From Candidatus Poribacteria bacterium (GTDB lineage Bacteria; Poribacteria; WGA-4E; WGA-3G): DNA of 64,000 nt. The position numbers and the translations under genes are program-made. The stretch covers positions 1,280,001 through 1,344,000 of the forward strand of contig CAXXUA010000005.1 in assembly GCA_963663765.2 (NCBI GenBank). Reading direction: 5' to 3'. This document shows positions 1 through 10,885 of the stretch, one piece after another; within the stretch, counting starts at the first letter, position 1, and each line of letters opens with the position of its first letter. The notes under the pieces were generated by a model. The model was not told where the DNA came from, searched no databases, and worked only from the letters and a program-made list of their open reading frames with translations.

Positions 1-68
1 AGAAGCCTTTTATTCCTGACCGCATCACATTCACCTACTTAAATCAACTCTATTCCAATACAATACTT

Positions 69-191
69 CAGGACTTACGCAGTTTTCTTAATTTGATCAA
101 GAAAATTGATGAAAATGATGTAATTATGAGCATTTTTATGGGTTTCCAGCGCGCTTACAAAGCACGCCTACCGTTCGGTGCGTAAGTCCTG
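69..191. mobile_element. MITE family A copy 1 (13-bp TIR CAGGACTTACGCA, 5-bp TSD TACTT)
   Basis: CAGGACTTACGCA at 69 and TGCGTAAGTCCTG ending at 191; TACTT on both sides (64-68, 192-196); homologous copies at 9973, 25437 and 25792. Confidence 0.85.
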
Positions 192-231
192 TACTTATTT
201 TAAATACATTTACCATACGTAACGTTTAAAT

Positions 232-1386
232 TCAACTAACGATTACACCATCTTCAATCATTACAAGCTGGATATCCGACAACTCATCACCCAACACATC
301 TTTGTCAGTAGCAGTAATAACAGTCTGCGCAGCAACACCCTGTAGATACGCTAACAAGTGTCCCCGCCTTTTCACATCCAATTCTGACAACACATCATCT
401 AATAGAAAAAGAGGAGCGACACCGGTATCCTCGCGAATATACTCCAGTTCAGCAAGCTTTAGCGAAAGTACTATCGTTCTACACTGTCCTTGAGAAGCAT
501 AAGTACGTGCAATTTCACGCAAAACCGTTTCACTACCATCTAATGTTTCCAAAATCAACGTAAAATCATCACGATGCGGTCCGACTAATGTTACACCGCG
601 CCGCAATTCATCTCGCCGAACTTGGGACAACGCATCTCTAAAATGATCCGAAAGATTCGTAATATCCGAAAGTTCATTCCCTGAATAACCAAGCCCTGGA
701 AAATACTCTAATAAAAGTCGTTCTCGTCCATCTGTCAACGACAATTGTGTCGACTCTATAACAACACTCAGACTCTTTAAAGCCGCATACCTGGCACCAA
801 TTAACGCAACACCTGATTCAAGTAAAAACCCATCCCAAATAGGTATTTCACCAACTGTCCCCTTACCCAAACTTACCCTTTTCAGCAACGCATTTCGCTG
901 TTCTAAAATTCCACGATACCTTAAGAGTTCCTCCAAATACTCACGACTCAATTGTGATAACAATAAATCAAGCCATCGCCGACGGAAAGACGGAGCACCT
1001 TTCACAAGATCCAAAGACTCAGGCGAAAAAACAACAACATTGATCTGACCTATCCAGTCTGAACGCTTACGTTGTAACACTCCGTCAGTCTTTAGGCGGA
1101 ACGCTCCTTGACGCGGTTTCACAACCTCAAGCCGAACTAAAGAATCCAACCGCTTTTCACTACGTAAATAACCTTTAACTGAAAAACCCTCAGATGTATG
1201 TCGTATCAACTCATTCGCAGAAGCCGCTCGATGTGATTCACCCGTACAAAGAAAATAAAGTGATTCCAAAAGACTCGTCTTTCCCATCGCATTCCTACCA
1301 ACAACTAATGCCACTGGTGAATGAAATGTTATGTCGCATTCTTTATAATTACGAAAATTCCGCAGACACAAACGTTCTAAATACAT
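232..1386 (-). CDS. recF: DNA replication/repair protein RecF
   Basis: N-terminal LRNFRNY, Walker A GRNAMGKT, GPHRDD, SQGQ signature, LLDDVLSELD; next to dnaA. Confidence 0.96.
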   Translation of the reverse strand: MYLERLCLRNFRNYKECDITFHSPVALVVGRNAMGKTSLLESLYFLCTGESHRAASANELIRHTSEGFSVKGYLRSEKRLDSLVRLEVVKPRQGAFRLKTDGVLQRKRSDWIGQINVVVFSPESLDLVKGAPSFRRRWLDLLLSQLSREYLEELLRYRGILEQRNALLKRVSLGKGTVGEIPIWDGFLLESGVALIGARYAALKSLSVVIESTQLSLTDGRERLLLEYFPGLGYSGNELSDITNLSDHFRDALSQVRRDELRRGVTLVGPHRDDFTLILETLDGSETVLREIARTYASQGQCRTIVLSLKLAELEYIREDTGVAPLFLLDDVLSELDVKRRGHLLAYLQGVAAQTVITATDKDVLGDELSDIQLVMIEDGVIVS

Positions 1387-1539
1387 TTAAACCTCATCAT
1401 CTTTTCTTTGATCTAAATCATTTACAAAATCAACAAAACAACTATAGGGAATCATTTGGAAACGAAATCTATATGGAAGGAATTAAATGTTATATATAAG
1501 AGAATCTTAACACTTTTCTGTATTAAACTGAAATGTATT

Positions 1540-1835
1540 TTCTAATAATTGTTCGCAAATCCTAATTGTATTTCTAATTTACGTTTAAAATTTAAATTGT
1601 GACTTAGTAGTAGTAGTAGGGGGTGTGCATAAGTGGATAACTGCTTTTAACCCTTATGGAGACTAATGGGGGAGGTGTTGATAAAATGTGCATAAAAAAT
1701 GAATTATTGACAATTGCTTAACACAATTAACGGATGTAAAAGTTATCAACAAACTATCAACAAGTTATCAACATTAATTTTAGAGTTATCAACGTTAATT
1801 GTAGATAACATGTAATTTTAAATTATGGATAGTTG
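1540..1835. promoter_or_regulatory. Chromosomal replication origin oriC (DnaA boxes, DnaA-trios, AT-rich unwinding region)
   Basis: TGTGCATAA/AGTGGATAA boxes (1624-1640), G5 run, (TAG)5 trios at 1605-1619, AT-rich tract 1560-1600, further TTATCAACA-like boxes 1743-1808; directly downstream of dnaA. Confidence 0.9.
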
Positions 1836-1898
1836 AAAATGTCCTTGTACAGTCTGCCTTTAAACTATCAATATATATTCCTGATTTTTTCTTTTCAC

Positions 1899-3236
1899 TT
1901 ATGAGAGTTCACCCGTTAAAAACTCTATAAGATTTCTTGTTTCCTCGTTTTCAAGCTGCTTTTCAACTTGTGAACATGCATGTATTATGGTCGTATGATT
2001 TTGCCTATGAAACGCTTCAGCAATATCTAACAGCGACAACTGCGTCAGTTCCCTGCATAGATACATAGCAATCTGACGTGGGAAGGCAATCGCTTTTGTC
2101 CGTTTGGATGAAGTAAGGTCATCGTCGTTCAACTCAAAATGATCCGTGACTATTTTCTGAATCGCTGCCGTAGTAATAACTTTTCTACCGGATACGCGTC
2201 TGGTGGGTGTGGAGGTATCGTTGAGTATGCTGCGGACAAAGTCAAGTGTCAGTTGCTTTTCTTGAATTGACGCACGCGCTTTGAGACTTACCAACGTCCC
2301 TTCCAACTCACGAATATTGCTCGTTACCATTTCCGCAACGTAACTCAGCACTTCGTTAGAAATATCCTTAAAATCCTGATCTTGACACTTTTGCTGTAAA
2401 ATCGCAAGACGCAACTCATAATTAGGTTTGTCAATTTCAGCAACCATACCCCATTCAAAACGAGAACTTAACCTCTCTTCAAGGTTTTCAAGCATTCTCG
2501 GTGAACGATCACTTGTCATTACAATCTGATACGATTTTAAGTACAAATCGTTGAAAGTGTTAAAGAACTCCTCTTGTGTCCCTTCTTTCCGTTGTAAGAA
2601 CTGAATATCATCAATTAAAAGTAAATCAGTTTCACGATATTTCGCACGAAAATCTTGAGCCGATTGCCGGTTAATAATTGATTCAATGTATTCATTCATA
2701 AATGTCTCAGACGTTACATAGATAACTTGACGGTCAGGTTTAATATCTTGGAAGTGGTTGCCTATCGCATGAAGAAGATGTGTCTTCCCAAGACCTACTC
2801 CGCCATAGATGAATAGCGGATTATACTCACCACCCGGATTCTCAGACGCAGAAAGGGCTGTCGCATGACATATACGATTGCTCTGACCAACTTTGAAATT
2901 ATCAAATACATAGTTCGGATTCAATCCCGCATTATCAGAGTTGTTATTTTGCGGTAAAGGTTTGCTATTGCCAGACTCAGGAACTTTCGGAGCCGGCGTG
3001 TCTACGAAAATCTCAAACGTACAAGCCGGACTTATCCGATCAGATAACACTCTCTTAATAGAACTGAAAAACCTATTCTCAATTTCGTCACGAGTATAGT
3101 CCGATGGAACTGCAATTAAAAAACACTCCTCTGATAGTGAACGCGGGGTAACTTGCCGCAAATATACATCACTGACTGCAGATTCATCAAGTTCCGAAAG
3201 TAGTTCTGACCAAAACTTTTCAGGGGTATATCGCAT
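1899..3236 (-). CDS. dnaA: Chromosomal replication initiator DnaA
   Basis: YNPLFIYGGVGLGKTHLL, LLIDDIQF, RLSSRFEWG, NIRELEG, PRQIAMYL domain IV. Confidence 0.98.
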   Translation of the reverse strand: MRYTPEKFWSELLSELDESAVSDVYLRQVTPRSLSEECFLIAVPSDYTRDEIENRFFSSIKRVLSDRISPACTFEIFVDTPAPKVPESGNSKPLPQNNNSDNAGLNPNYVFDNFKVGQSNRICHATALSASENPGGEYNPLFIYGGVGLGKTHLLHAIGNHFQDIKPDRQVIYVTSETFMNEYIESIINRQSAQDFRAKYRETDLLLIDDIQFLQRKEGTQEEFFNTFNDLYLKSYQIVMTSDRSPRMLENLEERLSSRFEWGMVAEIDKPNYELRLAILQQKCQDQDFKDISNEVLSYVAEMVTSNIRELEGTLVSLKARASIQEKQLTLDFVRSILNDTSTPTRRVSGRKVITTAAIQKIVTDHFELNDDDLTSSKRTKAIAFPRQIAMYLCRELTQLSLLDIAEAFHRQNHTTIIHACSQVEKQLENEETRNLIEFLTGELS

Positions 3237-3471
3237 GAGAACCTTCTCAACCTATGATGGGTGAAATCTGAACGAAATCTTTAAAATTCAGATGAAAATA
3301 ATAATGTGACGTGAACGTGAATTATATCATTTGCAAATTTAATTCACAAGTTAATTTAAGCAAATTTCTTAGCAAAATACCCTCTCTGAACTTAATGTTT
3401 TTAAGGGTTTTTCAAAGAGATTGGCACCGTTGAGGAGAACACTTTGTCCACCTGCTATATTAGAGAAAAAT

Positions 3472-3500
3472 TTGACAAATAAAAAAAAATAAGGTATCCT
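3472..3500 (+). promoter_or_regulatory. Putative sigma70 promoter of rpmH-ispH
   Basis: TTGACA-17 bp-TATCCT upstream of rpmH. Confidence 0.55.
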
Positions 3501-3599
3501 TATTATTTAACGTTAAGATTTAGAAATGATTTCATAATACTGAAAATCTAAGAATATAATGAGTTGCAACTATAAGGGAAAAATAGAAAGGATAACGTC

Positions 3600-3734
3600 A
3601 TGAAGCGTACATATCAACCGCATCGACGTAAACGAAAAAATAAACTTGGATTTAGAAAACGGATGTCTACGCGAAATGGTAGAAAAACTATCGCACGCCG
3701 CAGAGCAAAGGGTAGAAAAACCCTCAGCGCATAG
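3600..3734 (+). CDS. rpmH: 50S ribosomal protein L34 (not in the ORF track)
   Basis: Manual translation [44 protein letters not shown]; divergent from dnaA; AAAGGA RBS. Confidence 0.97.
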   Translation: MKRTYQPHRRKRKNKLGFRKRMSTRNGRKTIARRRAKGRKTLSA

Positions 3735-3759
3735 AACATAGTACAAAACAACCTGAAAG

Positions 3760-4995
3760 ATGCCACGTACTTTTAATATACCTCGTTTTTACGAAAGTCC
3801 TATAATTTCTGCTGTTAAGGCATCACGGCGAAACATGGACGCACGCAAAAGAGACCTATCCCCCTCCATATTAGACTTTGGTCCCATCCGTTTTAAAATC
3901 GCACGACACTTCGGATTCTGCTACGGCGTCGAAAATGCTGTTGAAATCGCATACCGCGCCCTTGAAGAAAACCCAGAAAAGCGAATTTTCCTACTCTCTG
4001 AGATCATTCACAACCCTCGCGTCAACGAAAATCTAAAACACCACGGCGTACAATTTCTCTCTGATACTGAAGGAAATCCATTGCTACCGTTTGACGTGTT
4101 AGTGCCTGATGACGTTGTCATCGTACCAGCTTTCGGCACAACTTTGGAAGTTGAAGCAGAACTCAACGCCCGCGGCGTTACACTTTCGTCCTACAACACA
4201 ACCTGTCCTTTCGTAGAAAAAGTGTGGAAACGTAGCCAAGAGATTGGAAAGCAAGATTATACCGTTGTTGTACACGGCAAACGTTATCATGAAGAAACAC
4301 GAGCCACATTTTCCCACGCACAAGCCGAAGCACATGTAGTGGTGGTTCGTGACCTTGTGGAAGCAGAAAACCTCGCAAATGTGATACGCGGTGACGCAGA
4401 TGCTGACTTCTTCTTCAAACAATTTGCTGACAGATATACCGAAGGCTTCCATCCAGATACCCACCTAAAACGTATCGGTGTTGTCAACCAAACAACAATG
4501 CTCGCAACAGAAACACAAGCTATCGCCGATTTATTGCGACAGGCTATCATGGCACGCTACGGTGAGGACAATCTCATGGAACATTTTGCTGACACAAAGG
4601 ATACGCTCTGCTATGCCACAAAAGAGAACCAAGACGCAACACTCGCGCTTATTGCAGAAGGTGGGGATGTTGCAGTCGTCGTAGGCGGGTACAACTCGTC
4701 TAATACCAGTCATCTTGTAGAACTTTGTGAACACAAACTACCGACATATTTTGTCCGAGATGCAGAGGAACTCCTCAGTCCAAAACGGATTCGTCACCTG
4801 TCGCTTGAGACAAAAGAGGTACAAATCACAGAAAATTGGCTACCGACTGAACATCCCAATGGCACTCCAGTGGACATCGTTTTAACTGCCGGTGCCTCTT
4901 GCCCAGATATACTGCTTGATGAGGTGTTGCGGAAAATCGTAGACTGGTTTCCAAATACCCATTCAGAGGAACATGTCCTCGCCCCGTATACGTAG
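3760..4995 (+). CDS. ispH: 4-hydroxy-3-methylbut-2-enyl diphosphate reductase
   Basis: FGFCYGV, IIHNP, TTCPFV, NQTT, TLCYAT, VGGYNSSNT, TAGASCPD motifs. Confidence 0.96.
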   Translation: MPRTFNIPRFYESPIISAVKASRRNMDARKRDLSPSILDFGPIRFKIARHFGFCYGVENAVEIAYRALEENPEKRIFLLSEIIHNPRVNENLKHHGVQFLSDTEGNPLLPFDVLVPDDVVIVPAFGTTLEVEAELNARGVTLSSYNTTCPFVEKVWKRSQEIGKQDYTVVVHGKRYHEETRATFSHAQAEAHVVVVRDLVEAENLANVIRGDADADFFFKQFADRYTEGFHPDTHLKRIGVVNQTTMLATETQAIADLLRQAIMARYGEDNLMEHFADTKDTLCYATKENQDATLALIAEGGDVAVVVGGYNSSNTSHLVELCEHKLPTYFVRDAEELLSPKRIRHLSLETKEVQITENWLPTEHPNGTPVDIVLTAGASCPDILLDEVLRKIVDWFPNTHSEEHVLAPYT

Positions 4996-5033
4996 ATGTA
5001 TGCTTTAACAGAACTCTTGGAATAAGAAGGAAT

Positions 5034-5708
5034 ATGTCCATGAATGAACAGTATCAATATGTTGGAAAGACACTTACACGAAGTATAGCTGAAGAACTTA
5101 TAAGAGAGTTATTCACAGGGCAGACTATCCAAAAACAAGAAATAAAGGATGTTGTAGAAGAAACGCATCTACAACGGGGCGGGTTACCATCAATAGCACA
5201 ACGTAATAATCCTGTCACGCTGGCACTGTGGCACATGGAGTGTGAAGGGTATGTAGAAAAGAATCCTAATCAAGGCACTTGTTTTATAGTTTCAAGGAAT
5301 CAGGACGCAGACAAGATGGATTCTGATCAGGACAATATTGGTGCTGATATTTTAGAACCAGAAAAGACTATCGGTTCCGGTAAACAGTCAGTCTACCTCT
5401 ACTATTACCCAGCTTACAAATGTTTAGCTGAAAATCAGGAGAAAAAAGTATGGGAATGCAAAATCGGAAAGGCTAGAAATGATCCTATAAGTAGGATTCT
5501 TTCGCAAACACGAACAGCACTCCCAGAATATCCTAAGGTTGGTCTCATTATTAAAACAGACGATCTTAATTTAATGGAAAGGACAATACAGAATATTCTG
5601 AGACTGCAAGGCAAGCAAAAGCAAGACTCACCAGGAAACGAGTGGTTCATTACTTCTCCCAGTGAAGTTGAACAAGTGTACGAAACCAACTTTGGAAATT
5701 TACAATGA
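5034..5708 (+). CDS. GIY-YIG-like (T5orf172/MUG113) domain protein
   Basis: SVYLYYY...CKIGK...RI...E..I...GNEWF pattern in the C-terminal half. Confidence 0.7.
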   Translation: MSMNEQYQYVGKTLTRSIAEELIRELFTGQTIQKQEIKDVVEETHLQRGGLPSIAQRNNPVTLALWHMECEGYVEKNPNQGTCFIVSRNQDADKMDSDQDNIGADILEPEKTIGSGKQSVYLYYYPAYKCLAENQEKKVWECKIGKARNDPISRILSQTRTALPEYPKVGLIIKTDDLNLMERTIQNILRLQGKQKQDSPGNEWFITSPSEVEQVYETNFGNLQ

Positions 5709-5787
5709 ACTAACGCTATACTTCACTATTGAAGTAAATCCTTGGTGTTTTCTATACATTACAAGCAATTTAGAAAGGAGAAAAATT

Positions 5788-6018
5788 ATGTTCATCGTGA
5801 CTGATGACTTGGAAATCATAAACTTCAATCACTACCAAAATTTAACTGTAGAAGGCGAGGACCCTGGCAAAAGCCAACTTGTCTTAACAGCACAAGATGG
5901 TTCCAAACGTGTCATTGCCGAATTTGCCGAATTTGAAGATGCCTATAACCTCTTTACGGATATCCGAGATGCCATCGTAGCAGGAGAGACGTGCTATAGT
6001 TTAGAAGGATACCAATGA
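5788..6018 (+). CDS. Small hypothetical protein (76 aa)
   Basis: AAGGAG RBS before ATG 5788; acidic, globular-looking sequence. Confidence 0.6.
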   Translation: MFIVTDDLEIINFNHYQNLTVEGEDPGKSQLVLTAQDGSKRVIAEFAEFEDAYNLFTDIRDAIVAGETCYSLEGYQ

Positions 6019-6137
6019 ACAAACTTTACTTCGGCGATAACTTGGAAATTTTACAGCAGATGATGGGTGAACGCACCCATTTCATTCGAACCGATCCATT
6101 TTGCAATAGCAAGCGCGAATATAACACCTTACAATAA
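6015..6137 (+). pseudogene. N-terminal remnant of an N6/N4 DNA methyltransferase
   Basis: MNKLYFGDNLEILQQM...IRTDPFCNSKREYN resembles LYFGDNL...IYxDPPFNSKRDYN with a decayed DPPF motif; stops after 40 aa; ATGA overlap with the upstream gene. Confidence 0.7.
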
Positions 6138-6164
6138 TCCTGTAAATCTTGGTTCAGACAAAAT

Positions 6165-7244
6165 TCAATCATAAGGATTCTCAGATGTCCGCACCTTAAT
6201 CGCCTCAGGAGTCAACGCACCGAGCGGCGCTTCACCATTTAGCACGCGTTCAAAATCATCCACAATCATATCCGCAACACGCAGATTCGCATCCTTTGTC
6301 CTGCCAGCAATGTGCGGCGTATGCACAACGTTATTCCTATTCCGCAGTTCATCATCAATAGGTACTGGTTCTCGGTCATAGACATCAAACGCACCGGCGA
6401 GTTCATCTTTGACAATCCGTTCGCGCAACGCAGCCATATCAACAGCATGTGCACGCGTAATAATAACGACCAATGCACCTTTGCGTAGACGATAGATACG
6501 TTCACGGTTCAGCAGGTGTCGTGCGGAAGGTGTCGGCGGAACAGCAACAAAAACAATATCCGCCCTATCAACAACCGTGTCCATATCCGCACGTTCAACA
6601 TCCCATTCACGGAGAAGTTCATCAGCAACAAACGGATCAAATCCCATCACAGTTGCACCGAATACGCTGCACCACTGCGCGATCTTTCGTCCAATCTGAC
6701 CAAGTCCTATCACACCAATCTGTTTCGTACCAAGATCACCGTTCACAAAGTCCGGATCATCACAGAACTGATGGGCAACGGGAAGTTTCTTCGGTCCCCA
6801 TATCGGATCGCTCCAATTCCAAAGTTTTTCGCCTTGCGCCATCTGCATGTGCCACTGAGCAGTCCGGCGTAGCGAAGACAAAGCAAGTCCAAAAGCACAT
6901 TCCGCCACAGATTGCGCCCAAGCACGAGTAGATTCAATTACAGGAATACCGCGCTCTTGAAGCTTAGCGTATGGGATACCGTGTCCCGTGTTGTCTGTCA
7001 TTGTTCCAACCACTTTGAGTTTGGGCGCATTGTCAATACATGCCTCAGTAAGCCTACCACCCCATTGTGAAATTCCAACCATATCGCTCAAATCCACTTG
7101 TTCGTGGATAGGGTCTTTGCTGGTGGTATTGAGAACAAGCGTTACGCCTAATTCCTCAAGCCGTTTGACCATCTGTTCGTGCACGAAGGGCCAAGAACCC
7201 TCCAAACCAGGATTACGTGTAAATAGAAATTGGTGTGTTGACAT
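6165..7244 (-). CDS. D-isomer-specific 2-hydroxyacid dehydrogenase
   Basis: IGVIGLGQIG Rossmann motif, DVYDREP, TPHIAG. Confidence 0.9.
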   Translation of the reverse strand: MSTHQFLFTRNPGLEGSWPFVHEQMVKRLEELGVTLVLNTTSKDPIHEQVDLSDMVGISQWGGRLTEACIDNAPKLKVVGTMTDNTGHGIPYAKLQERGIPVIESTRAWAQSVAECAFGLALSSLRRTAQWHMQMAQGEKLWNWSDPIWGPKKLPVAHQFCDDPDFVNGDLGTKQIGVIGLGQIGRKIAQWCSVFGATVMGFDPFVADELLREWDVERADMDTVVDRADIVFVAVPPTPSARHLLNRERIYRLRKGALVVIITRAHAVDMAALRERIVKDELAGAFDVYDREPVPIDDELRNRNNVVHTPHIAGRTKDANLRVADMIVDDFERVLNGEAPLGALTPEAIKVRTSENPYD

Positions 7245-7256
7245 TTAAGAAACCTC

Positions 7257-9938
7257 CTATGATGTAATGCGAATCTGTGGTGCTGTCGGATACCTACCAC
7301 GACGATTACCGTAGAGTGTAAGTCCGCCCCTGTTTTCAGCATTGCCTTTCACTTCATAACGGACAGTCAGCATGTCTGCTGAACCACCGTTCAAACACAT
7401 CTCCTTATCTAATTGGATACGATATAAGTAGCCGTAGTTTCCCAAGTTTTCATGAATATAGGTAAGCACGCCGCGGGCATCCGCAGGACAATCCGGAATT
7501 GCCAAAGTTTCCAACGCATTCCCGTTCACAGAAATCGTTACATCTGATGGGTGTTTTTCAGGTTCCGTTTGCCGTGAACCACCATTGGATGAAGATGCCT
7601 CAAAAACCAATTCCATCTTTGATATTTCGTCCGGATTGAGTTCTTCTGGCAGCGGTACCAAGTATTCAACATACCCTACACCTTGCGCAGAAAAACGCTG
7701 TTCTGTTACCTCAGAACCAGAATCCCATTTGCTCGTGGATATATTACCCGGCAGGTGTGGAAGCGATGTTAACCCAGGCGCGTTCTCTATGAATATCTCA
7801 AAATTAATGTAATTGTGAGCAACAACTGCCCCCGTCTCATCGGATACCCAAACATGTAACGTCCCAACAGACGAGTTCATTTCTGGAATAGTAATCTCAA
7901 GTTGATGCACCTTTTCCACCTGATACTGCGGAAACGGAATACCAACACTTCCACTCACGCGTCTACGCATCAGTTCACCATCTTGCTCAACCGTATCCAA
8001 CTGCCAGTGGAGCGTCGTGTTATTCAACGCCTTATGTGAATAGTGGCTGGAATATATATCTGCCGTTACAGTTTCGCCAGGAACGACTGTGCTACCAGGT
8101 GGATAATCAATCGCAATAAAATCAAGATTATTGATGTCATTATAATCGTATCCAAATTCCTTTACTGACCGATCATAATTCATAAATCCGTTATGTTCCC
8201 ACTCAATGTCCTGCAGCTCAGTATAAACGTAGCCACAGATTTTCGGATGTAGACGCAACTCATTTGTCAGATACTTAAAACACCACGCGATATCTTTATC
8301 ACCAGCACCTGCACCAATGCCACCGTATTCACTATTGATCAACGGCATATCCGTTTGTTCGTTATCACCAGTATAGTTAAACTTTGAACCAGGATATGTC
8401 TGTTCTACAACGTTAGCGATATGATCTTTCGCGTGTTTGTAATTATTGATATAGAAATGCCACGAGTTGATGTCGGTTTCTACATGGTCATACAGACAAG
8501 GTGAGTTGTCCTCAATAAGACGAGTCGGATCAAGAGATTTCGCATAGTGATACATCTCCCGCACCCATTCTTGGCGATCCTTGTGCTCCTTGTAACCTCC
8601 CCCGCCGAGTCCCCACGTTTCATTGAAGTTACACCATGAAATAATGGACGGATGATTGAAATCACGTTCAATGTTACCACGTAACGTCTGTTTAAATCTG
8701 GCTTTTGCTTTTTCCGTGTAATGACCAAAGTTGGGAATATCACACATAAAAAGCAGCCCCAATTTATCTGCCCAGTAATAAAGACGCGGTTCATCCATTT
8801 TTATATGTAAGCGAAGGAAATTGAAACCGAATTCTTTAGCACGTTCAACATCCGTTCGAATCGCCTCATCTGTCAGGAAGGTATAAACCCCTTCCGGATT
8901 AAACGACTGATTAAGCGCACCAAGCAAATATATCGGACGATTGTTAAGATAAATGTAATTATAATCCCCGCCAGGTGCTTTCTCTATGGACACCTTCCGC
9001 ATGCCAAAATAGGTGTAAATCCTATCAATAACAGACCCTCCTGATACCAACTTCAACGTGACATAATACAGATTTGGCGTATCTACATCCCAAAGCCGTA
9101 GTTTTTCTGGTGGAATCTCTACAGTGAATTCAGTTTTTTCTATTGCAGCCACACTGCCACTCATTTCCTCACATTCCCATTGCAATTCGGTCCCAGATGC
9201 TATCTCACCATCAACCGACACGTCAAATGTAGCACTGCTATCGTCAATGTCAGGTGTGATAAGACACTGTTTGATATAGGTTGCATTTCTCGGTTCAAGA
9301 TAGACCGTCTGCCAAATGCCACTCGCACGTGTATACCAGCCTATTTGTTTCCCAGCAAGTTGTTCCCCATGGTCTTGCGCATCATACGCACGCACAACAA
9401 CCGTCGCAGCTTTGCCAGGTGCAAGCGCATCTGTGATGTCAAACTCAAACGGAAGATACCCGTTACCATACCCACCAATGACCTTGCCGTTAACCCAAAC
9501 CGTCGTTTCCCAATCAACAGCACCAAACTTCAAAATAACCCGTTTGTTTCCCCAATTTTCTGGAATGGAGACTGTCCTACGGTACCACCCGATCGTATGT
9601 CGCGGCTCCCCCTTGTAATTCCCACTATTGATAAGCCCGCCACATGTAATTTCTTCCGGTTTAAGATACGCATTTGTGCTTAAATAAGTCGCACTATCAG
9701 CACGTTCCTCTTCTCCCCACGCCGCAAGACTTTCCCAAGGATACGGTACCTGTATCTGCAATGGAAAATCAGCATTATCCAACGAAAACCATTCCTCTTT
9801 TTCTCCGACATCGTCCGGATCAAACGCAAATTCCCATGTACCATTCAAATTTATCCAATCAATTCCCTCAGACGTACCGCGCCGAAAATCTGGTCGCGGA
9901 TATTCTGGTCGTGGTGTTTCTATTCTTGTCACTATCAA
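7257..9938 (-). CDS. Glycoside hydrolase family 2
   Basis: PRPEYPRP, LNGTWEF, LKFGAVD, SGIWQTVYLE, GFNFLRLHIK, NHPSIISWCNFNETWG, SEYGG. Confidence 0.9.
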   Translation of the reverse strand: MIVTRIETPRPEYPRPDFRRGTSEGIDWINLNGTWEFAFDPDDVGEKEEWFSLDNADFPLQIQVPYPWESLAAWGEEERADSATYLSTNAYLKPEEITCGGLINSGNYKGEPRHTIGWYRRTVSIPENWGNKRVILKFGAVDWETTVWVNGKVIGGYGNGYLPFEFDITDALAPGKAATVVVRAYDAQDHGEQLAGKQIGWYTRASGIWQTVYLEPRNATYIKQCLITPDIDDSSATFDVSVDGEIASGTELQWECEEMSGSVAAIEKTEFTVEIPPEKLRLWDVDTPNLYYVTLKLVSGGSVIDRIYTYFGMRKVSIEKAPGGDYNYIYLNNRPIYLLGALNQSFNPEGVYTFLTDEAIRTDVERAKEFGFNFLRLHIKMDEPRLYYWADKLGLLFMCDIPNFGHYTEKAKARFKQTLRGNIERDFNHPSIISWCNFNETWGLGGGGYKEHKDRQEWVREMYHYAKSLDPTRLIEDNSPCLYDHVETDINSWHFYINNYKHAKDHIANVVEQTYPGSKFNYTGDNEQTDMPLINSEYGGIGAGAGDKDIAWCFKYLTNELRLHPKICGYVYTELQDIEWEHNGFMNYDRSVKEFGYDYNDINNLDFIAIDYPPGSTVVPGETVTADIYSSHYSHKALNNTTLHWQLDTVEQDGELMRRRVSGSVGIPFPQYQVEKVHQLEITIPEMNSSVGTLHVWVSDETGAVVAHNYINFEIFIENAPGLTSLPHLPGNISTSKWDSGSEVTEQRFSAQGVGYVEYLVPLPEELNPDEISKMELVFEASSSNGGSRQTEPEKHPSDVTISVNGNALETLAIPDCPADARGVLTYIHENLGNYGYLYRIQLDKEMCLNGGSADMLTVRYEVKGNAENRGGLTLYGNRRGRYPTAPQIRITS

Positions 9939-9972
9939 TCCATCCTTATTATTGTGAATGCAATAACTTTAC

Positions 9973-10094
9973 AAGGACTTACGCACCCAACGGTAGGCGC
10001 GCTTTGTAAGCGCGCTGGAAACATAAATAATGCTGAAAATTACATCATTTTCATCACTATTCTTGATTAAATCTTGAAAACTGCGTAAGTCCTT
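9973..10094. mobile_element. MITE family A copy 2
   Basis: AAGGACTTACGCA...TGCGTAAGTCCTT; internal sequence matches the other copies; no clean TSD. Confidence 0.8.
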
Positions 10095-10727
10095 TTTGCC
10101 ATACATTGTAAGCAATTAGCAGTTTTCCTTCAATAAAAAACTGAATTTATACCCAGATCCATTCAATTATCGCTATTGTTGTTAGGGTTTCCTTCACTAT
10201 AGGCGCCAATTTAGGGATTTATTCAAGGTTTTGTTCAGTATAGCACAACCAACGCCGTCATATTGATTGTAGGGGATGGTCTCTGTGCTCGCCCATTGTT
10301 TTTTTGAATACATGCGTGGCACAGAGACCCGGGGAATCATGGCGAATACCAAACGCGTATTCGTCCAAGTGCATTCCTACCGTTGATTTGGCGCATGCTC
10401 GTGTTCTCAACACTAAAACCAAATACAAATTACGTTAATTTGGTATTACACCTTTCACAATGGAGAGTTGGATAAACCCCCCACATCAGATCTCTTTGCT
10501 TAGGTGCGTCTTATCCTCAGCAATAGATGTTGACCCAGATGTCTTCTCCGCGAAATCAGCGTAATCCGCGTAATCCGCGATTCTAACAAAAACACAAACA
10601 CTAAAATAACGCTCTTTTATTTTTGAGATATAACGTTTGTATTTTATTTACAAACAAATAGAACACATGCTAAAATAGAGTACATCTCCTTCGTCCCAGC
10701 CGTTGATTTAAAATCCTGGCACCAATA

Positions 10728-10864
10728 TATGGTGGATTATACAATTAAATCTACATTCTGAGTTGTAGGAGGGAACTCCGATTCCCGACTATCAAAGGGT
10801 TTGGTCGTGATTCGGAGATCGTTCCTACAAGTAAGATGTCCAATTGTTTCCATATTTCACCATG
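10728..10864. repeat. REP doublet (GTAGGAGGGAACTCCGA...GGAGATCGTTCCTAC, 10765-10828) inside an inverted-repeat shell
   Basis: Near reverse complement of 28813-28876; GTAG-led hairpins. Confidence 0.7.
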
Positions 10865-10885
10865 TAGTGCCAAAAGGAGATAAAA

